Assembly: GCA_964252035.1 (NCBI GenBank)
Contig: OZ176201.1
Direction: 5' to 3' (one strand)
DNA: 64,000 nt
Origin: Podarcis erhardii
Lineage: Eukaryota
The translations under genes and the position numbers were made by a program. The notes below the pieces were generated by a model. The model was not told where the DNA came from, ran no database searches, and worked only from the letters and a program-made list of their open reading frames with translations. How positions within the stretch are numbered: position 1 is the first letter of the stretch; every line of letters begins with the position of its first letter. Below, piece by piece: positions 58,162 to 64,000 of this stretch.

Positions 58162-58246
58162 CATAGCTGCCAACTTTTTTCTTGCAAGGAATCCTATTCA
58201 GAATAAGGGAATTTCCCTTTAAAAAATGGAAAAGTTGACAGCTATG
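58162..58246. mobile_element. 85-bp hAT MITE (same family as 56700)
   Basis: TIRs CATAGCTGCCAACTTTT / AAAAGTTGACAGCTATG; perfect TSD GTGTGTAC (58154-58161, 58247-58254). Confidence 0.92.
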
Positions 58247-58598
58247 GTGTGTACACATATATACATCTACACAGTACATACAGTTCCTCTTCTGCCCTGC
58301 TTCTCCTCCTCCTCCATGCTAGTATCACATCACAGGGCTATGTTCTTGTCTCCTGCCCACAGCCTCCTGCAGACACCCAGCCACACAATCAGTCACGTAA
58401 CACCTAGCAGAACTTGAACCTAATTAATACTAATGGCAATCTGCTATGTGTGCAGGAGAAAAGGTGGCAGAGGGGAGAGTGTGTGTGCCTGTTGAATGGA
58501 CAAACACATGCCCCGTGTGAACTATAACCCAAAGGTGAAAAAAACAATTCCGGAGACGACAGCCAATTGGTTAAAAAAATCCTTTTTACTTTATGTAT

Positions 58599-58783
58599 GA
58601 CTGGGATAGCTCAGTTGGTTAGAGCAGGAGACTCTTATGCTCTGGGTGGTGGGTTCGACCCACATGTTGGGCAAAAAGATACCTGCATGGAAATTCTGTT
58701 TCTTCCTTAGAATCATAGAGTTCGAAGGGACCACAAGGGTTATCTAGTCCATGACCCTTTTGGTCCCTTTGAACTCTGATTCT
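58599..58783 (+). mobile_element. tRNA-derived SINE (Squam3-like) rearranged by an inverted duplication of its tail
   Basis: A-box TAGCTCAGTTGG (58607-58618), B-box-like GGTTCGACCC (58652-58661); the tail is present in both orientations. Confidence 0.8.
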
Positions 58784-58800
58784 AAGGAAGAAACAGAATT
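58692..58800. repeat. Near-perfect inverted repeat (about 50-bp stem, 7-nt loop)
   Basis: Arms 58692-58743 and 58751-58800. The outer 24 bp pair perfectly; then a 2-nt bulge, 2 G-T pairs and 1 mismatch; loop CTAGTCC. Confidence 0.95.
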
Positions 58801-59896
58801 GGAACGGCCACTTTTACAATATATAAGGACCCGAGGCACAGGGATGTTTGTTTTAATGTGTTACGCACTGTATTGCAAAATCACAAAACATCCATATGAA
58901 AATCTCTGGTTAATGTGACACACTGCTAAACAAAAAACAGACCTGTAAGCCCAGCAGGTTCAATGAATACTGAATTTAAGCATGGTTATACCCATCTCTG
59001 CAAAAGTGGGGTGAACATTGGAGCACAAGGCGTAAGGGAAAGTAATACTGTACAGTATACTGGTCCAGTTACCCATTCAGGCAAATCTGTCCTAAACGCT
59101 TGGCATGTGCGGTATAATCCTACATTGGTAACTTGGGGAAGTTAGGAAGGATAAGTAGGATTTTCCCCTACAGATGCTGTTGTTGTTCAAATAGGAGGTG
59201 TTAAAAATGGTGACCAGTGTATAAATGAACTTCTAAAGATTTATATTTAGGAATGGATTGGTTCAGAGTCCACCCTACCCTGCTTGGGATTACTGTTAAC
59301 GTTACTGCTGTAAACACACGATCTCATGCAAAACTCACTAAATTGCCTATAGCAAGAGTAGTGTGTGGCACTCACCAAGGCAGGATAATTGCAGGACACC
59401 AGATATTAAAATCCCAAGCAAGCCTGACTTTTGCCTTTCTCTTGCTACGATGGACAGTGTTGGGTTAACTCCCTTGCCTTGGATACATTGCTGGTGAGGA
59501 CAGAATTGCAGCCTGTGGGGATCTGGCTCCTCCAGTGTCACTAGTGAGGCAGGATAGGAACCAAAAAGAGACTTGTAGCAGCAATCATGGCAGCCTCTTA
59601 GTGTGTGCACGAGGAGTAGAAATCGCTTCCCATTGGCTTTCAGGGTTAGTTCTGACCTCTGATCCTTATGTACAAGCCCAGAACAGCAGTGGAGTTTAGG
59701 TAACAGCCCCGCTTCTTGCTAGATTCAGTTTCCCTTGTTTGAGTGTGACAACATGTACAGCAAATTCTTGGAAAAGCTGCATGGGAGCAGACAGTCTCCC
59801 TTTAATTAACCTCTTGGTTCTATGTCATGGAATGGAGCATTGAGATGACCTTTCTTAAAATGCCTTGCAGGAATCTCCCCTCCTTGCTGCATGATA

Positions 59897-60121
59897 CAGT
59901 GGTACCTCGGGTTAAGAACTTAATTTGTTCCGGAGGTCCGTTCTTAACCTGAAACTGTTCTTAACCTGAAGCACCACTTTAGCTAATGGGGCCTCCGCTG
60001 TCGCTGTGCTGCTGCCACGCGATTTCTGTTCTCATCCTGAAGCAAAGTTCTTAACCCGAGGTACTATTTCTGGGTTAGCGGAGTCTGTAACCTGAAGCAT
60101 CTGTTACCCGAGGTACCACTG
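59897..60121. mobile_element. Tc1/mariner (Tigger-like) MITE
   Basis: TIRs CAGTGGTACCTCGGGT / ACCCGAGGTACCACTG; TA at both flanks (59895-59896, 60122-60123). Confidence 0.92.
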
Positions 60122-62199
60122 TACAGTCCTCAGCTCCAACCCCATCCCAGTATGGTCCCATCAGGTGGAACTGACAGCACATTTTGTGACTATTTCTGCT
60201 TCTATCCAAAGAGGTGGATTTAAGGGAGTGTGACTGGTTCAGTTGCACTGGGCGCAGAGCCTTGGGGACACCGCAGGGGGGGGGGCGCTGCAACTATGAT
60301 GTAGAATGGAATGTGAGAGGAGGGGGTGCCGCTGAAATTTGAGACCCCCAAATCTATCCACCTACACCCTTCCAAAATGCAGTAGCAGAAGCAAATTACC
60401 AGTAGCAAATTCTTGTAATGTGATCTTGATTTATGCACTTAAAAGCAATCCAGCTCTTAATGAGAAACCTGCAATTCTTCAAGGATCACTTGTGTAAATT
60501 ATGCAGAGATGCAAATATTTCAACATGATGTGAACCCAGAAATATGTTAGTTTTTTAAAAAAAGTGATACTGTGTGCCAGTTTTTAGGGAATTTTAAATA
60601 TTTGGTGGCAGAAACACATGACACAGAGAACAGTGTGTACAAAGGTCTTGAAGGGCATTTATGGGATAGGACAGGAGATATACAGAGCACAGACTTCCTT
60701 GCCTCTGGCTGCCGAAAACCCCATTTACGTTTTCACAACGTTTTCACAAAGTACTGTCCGCACATTTTCACCCCCCCCCCAATAATGCTGATGACTAGAA
60801 ACTTCGGTGTTGCTTTTTTAAAGTAAACCTGAAATTATTGGAAAAAGAAAGATGTCTTGACACCCCAGATTCCATTGCAATTGCAGTTATGAAGATTTTC
60901 AAATGCACATGCCCTTCCCAGACTCATTCACCTAATACTGCCTTTCACTCAGTGTGTTAAGACATCCCCATTACCTATCCCCTCCCAACAGTCCTGACCT
61001 ATTGGATTTTTGAGACCCGATGTGACAATCTCCCATACTCTTTGTCCACTTTACCTTTAGCACATATTTTTCTTGCCCTGTGTATCAAATCCTCTGCTGC
61101 TTGGGGCCCAGAATAGATGTTTTTCACTGTTTGGCTGTGAACACAGTGAAGAGTCTATTCTCTGTGTGCCACAAAATGCCCTGGGTGTAATTGGAGGACA
61201 GTGTATCATGATACCACCCATTCATTTGTCTGATATAATTCAGCTCCTCATGTAGCATGGATGATATGAAAATCCTAATTTCTGATCCCCCATCTGGCAT
61301 AAGTCTCAATATAAGACTCTGGGAAACATATCTCGTTAGATATGTTTGTTAAGCTTGTTAGAGTGTTTCAGCTTTGTGCTTGGTTGGCGGCTGGTGCTTA
61401 ATTTGTAAAATGATGGCCAGAGTTCAGCCCTATCTGGAAGCCAGGCCCTCTAACCAGGAAAACTTATTCTGTAGCCACCAATGAAAACAGAGGGACAGGC
61501 TAGACTTGTTGAGTTTGTGCATGCTCAAGAGGCATGGACTCTTCTCTTTGGATAACCAGAACAAGAAAAAAAGAAAGAAAAAAGGAACCCCAACCCCTAC
61601 TAGTGCAGTATTTGGGAGACTCCGTACACACAGCCCTGCCAGTTTGAGTGAGTTGATTGCATCTTGGGCTGGATTTGGCTGTGTGATTGCTTCACAGAAT
61701 GCTCAAATCACAACTGGGGGAAAAGTCTCCTGGTGTTCTACTGCTGCATCATAAACGCTTTGTAGTTGGACTGCAATAGTAGAGTAAAATCTCAGCTTGC
61801 ATTGAAAAATTATGACTGGAGAGTCTAGAGAACCTATTGCACCATTGTTTCACTGCTTGGTGAAAAGATTGAACAGATTCACTCAATCCGCATAAGGGCA
61901 CCCATCTCCAGTTGTGTGATTTGGACCTCAGATTCCAGGATCCATGACTAGCTTCTCTAGCAGAACCTATGGCTTGACAAAAACAGGTTCCAACTCAAAT
62001 TAAGTAGCAAATCTGGTTCTTCTGTTGTGTCTAGCTGTGGATGTCACCTACTTATTTGGGGGTGTTATATACTTCTTGATATAGACCACTGGTGTCAGGT
62101 GGATGTGTTTTTACATGCTTTCAAGAGGCAACAATTTCTGGAAAACATTCTGGCAGGTCATTGCGTTAAGTTGCCAATACAAATGGATTGAAATCTGCC

Positions 62200-62408
62200 T
62201 TCATTCATTTGCAGCGTTTCTATTCTGCATTTTCCACAAGGAGGGGTCTACATAATTCTACCCTCCCAGGTTATCCTCGAAACAACCCTTTGAGCTAAGG
62301 TAGCTTCAGCTTGTGTGACTGACTCACCTGGCTGAGTGAGTGGGGATTGGAACCTGGATCTCTATCTCTTCCTTTCCTAGTCCAACCCTCTAACCACTAC
62401 ACCACACA
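62200..62408 (-). mobile_element. Degenerate MIR/CORE-like SINE
   Basis: TTATCCTCGAAACAACCCTTTGAG core; GGATTGGAACCTGG; CTCTAACCACTACACCACAC head complement. Confidence 0.6.
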
Positions 62409-63230
62409 CTTGTCTATCAGATTCTGAAGGGAAAAATGTCTTCTGGGGCTGAGCCTGCAAGAGACGCAGTATGTAGTCTTTTGCACACCCTCTAGTTCTG
62501 CCTGCACATGTGCTTCTTGGCATCAGTGCTTGCCTGCTAAGTGGCAGACAGGTAGGCATTCTCGAGCGCTGCTCCTTGCACCACTAGGGCCATGGTGGTG
62601 GGTGAGTGAGTGCTGAGCTATGACCACTTGGTTCTGTGGGGATATTTGCAGTGATGGGAGGCCCTGAGCAGGGTCCTTTAGGTTCAGTCTCAGCCTCTCC
62701 ACTGTGCCCTTTGTGCCTCTGCTCCGAGTTGGGCTGTGTCAACAGAGTGATTGCAAAGTATCCTGTTTGAACAAGTCTTACTCACTACCAGACCTTGCAA
62801 GTTGGGAAGTTGCCTGGTGCATCAGAATAACAACTGCTCCAATCTTGCCCCCTTCAGTTGGGGGTGTGTCTCGTCACCAGCCCCCAAGCAGACGGCAGCC
62901 ACGGATGGGTCAAGTTGCATGCTGGGAGGATGAAGAGGATCCTTTGCCGCCTTTTCTGTGTCTTGCAGGCTCATGGTTTGGGTGTTTGCTTAGAAAAGGA
63001 TTCAACAGTCACCTAACATGGACTCAATTGGTCTGTTCATGAGCAGACACAGATGTATCTATTTCAGAGGCACTGTGTCCAGATGTGCAATGGCAGCAGC
63101 AGCAGCAAGCCCCCTTGCCACTAGCCTCTTACCTTGGCAAAGCAGCAGCAAATCTTCCCATTGAGCCAGTGAGTTATCAATTCCATGTAGAGTTAGCAAA
63201 GCAAAGAGAAAATGGGCTGGAGATTAAATA

Positions 63231-63575
63231 AGGTAAAGGTAAAGCAACCCCTGACCATTAGGTCCAGTCGTGGCCGACTCTGGGGTTGCGGCGCTCATCT
63301 TGCTTTATTGGCCGAGGGAGCCGGGGTACAGCTTCCGGGTCATGTGGCCAGCATGACTAAGCCGCTTCTGGCGAACCAGAGCAGCGCAGGAAACGCCGTT
63401 TACCTTCCTGCTGGAGTGGTACCTATTTATCTACTTGCACTTTGACGTGCTTTCGAACTGCTAGGTGGGCAGGAGCAGGGACCGAGCAAGGGGAGCTCAC
63501 CCCGTCATGGGGATTCAAACCGCTGACCTTCTGATCCTAGGCTCTGTGGTTTAACCCACAGCGCCACCCGCATCC
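63231..63575 (-). mobile_element. Sauria SINE with 14-bp TSD
   Basis: (AAAGGT)n tail at left, GGTTTAACCCACAGCGCCACCCG head complement at right; CTGGAGATTAAATA at 63217-63230 and 63576-63589. Confidence 0.92.
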
Positions 63576-64000
63576 CTGGAGATTAAATATTCAGCCTCAA
63601 AAAATGTGACAATGAGCCCAGGAAGCTACCAAAATAAGAAGAGCCACATAGACATCCTTCTGCAGTTCATATAGCTGGAGCAAATGCTCTTTGCAGGATA
63701 CCTGGGCTGTAAAGCCTTTGGCCATGTCCTCCTTAAAAGGCTCTCCAGCAGCTGTGCTGGCCATTCACCATACTTAACAGGCTGCCAGTGGGAAGGCACA
63801 GTTGGCTCTTCAGAAGGCTGTGCCAGCTCTTCAGCCTGAGTTGATGGAATTTGAAAGAGATTACCTGCAACAGAGTACCAAGCCCTTCATCTACCCCACC
63901 TTGTACAGGGATTCACAAGTCCTGGCAGTCAGGTGATGAGCCTGTGGCTTTGCCCACATGGTTTGATTTCAAACCACACAGGCAAAAAACCTAGGTTACC

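Noticed and set aside
58599-58675. tRNA-like sequences here and at 33841, 31133 (-), 50608 (-), 56953
   Set aside because: They do not close a full cloverleaf and continue into CR1-type tails, so they are SINE heads rather than tRNA genes.
60209-60352. Possible MITE flanked by TCTATCCA
   Set aside because: An 8-bp direct repeat is present but I could not find a convincing second TIR, so it was not called.

Overview
Eukaryotic (vertebrate) genomic DNA, not prokaryotic. The repeat content (Sauria-type SINEs, BovB/RTE, L2, CR1, Penelope remnants, hAT and Tigger-like MITEs) points to a squamate, probably a lacertid lizard (inference). Four protein-coding genes could be rebuilt exon by exon with continuous reading frames: HGS (+, 19 exons, 5' end outside the window, one GC-AG intron), a METTL26-like DUF938 methyltransferase paralogue (-, between HGS and MRPL12), MRPL12 (+, 5 exons, head-to-head with the methyltransferase on one CpG island) and SLC25A10 (+, 11 exons). 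A further CpG island with an apparently non-coding first exon lies at about 56.0-56.5 kb (GCGR by synteny only). The most striking unannotated structure is a perfect 2 x 48 bp tandem of a Penelope-derived minimal hammerhead ribozyme (42308-42403) that can fold as a complete double hammerhead, in sense orientation about 0.6 kb downstream of the SLC25A10 poly(A) signal. A roughly 50-bp fold-back hairpin inside a tRNA-derived SINE lies at 58692-58800. All calls were made by eye; no database searches were run.
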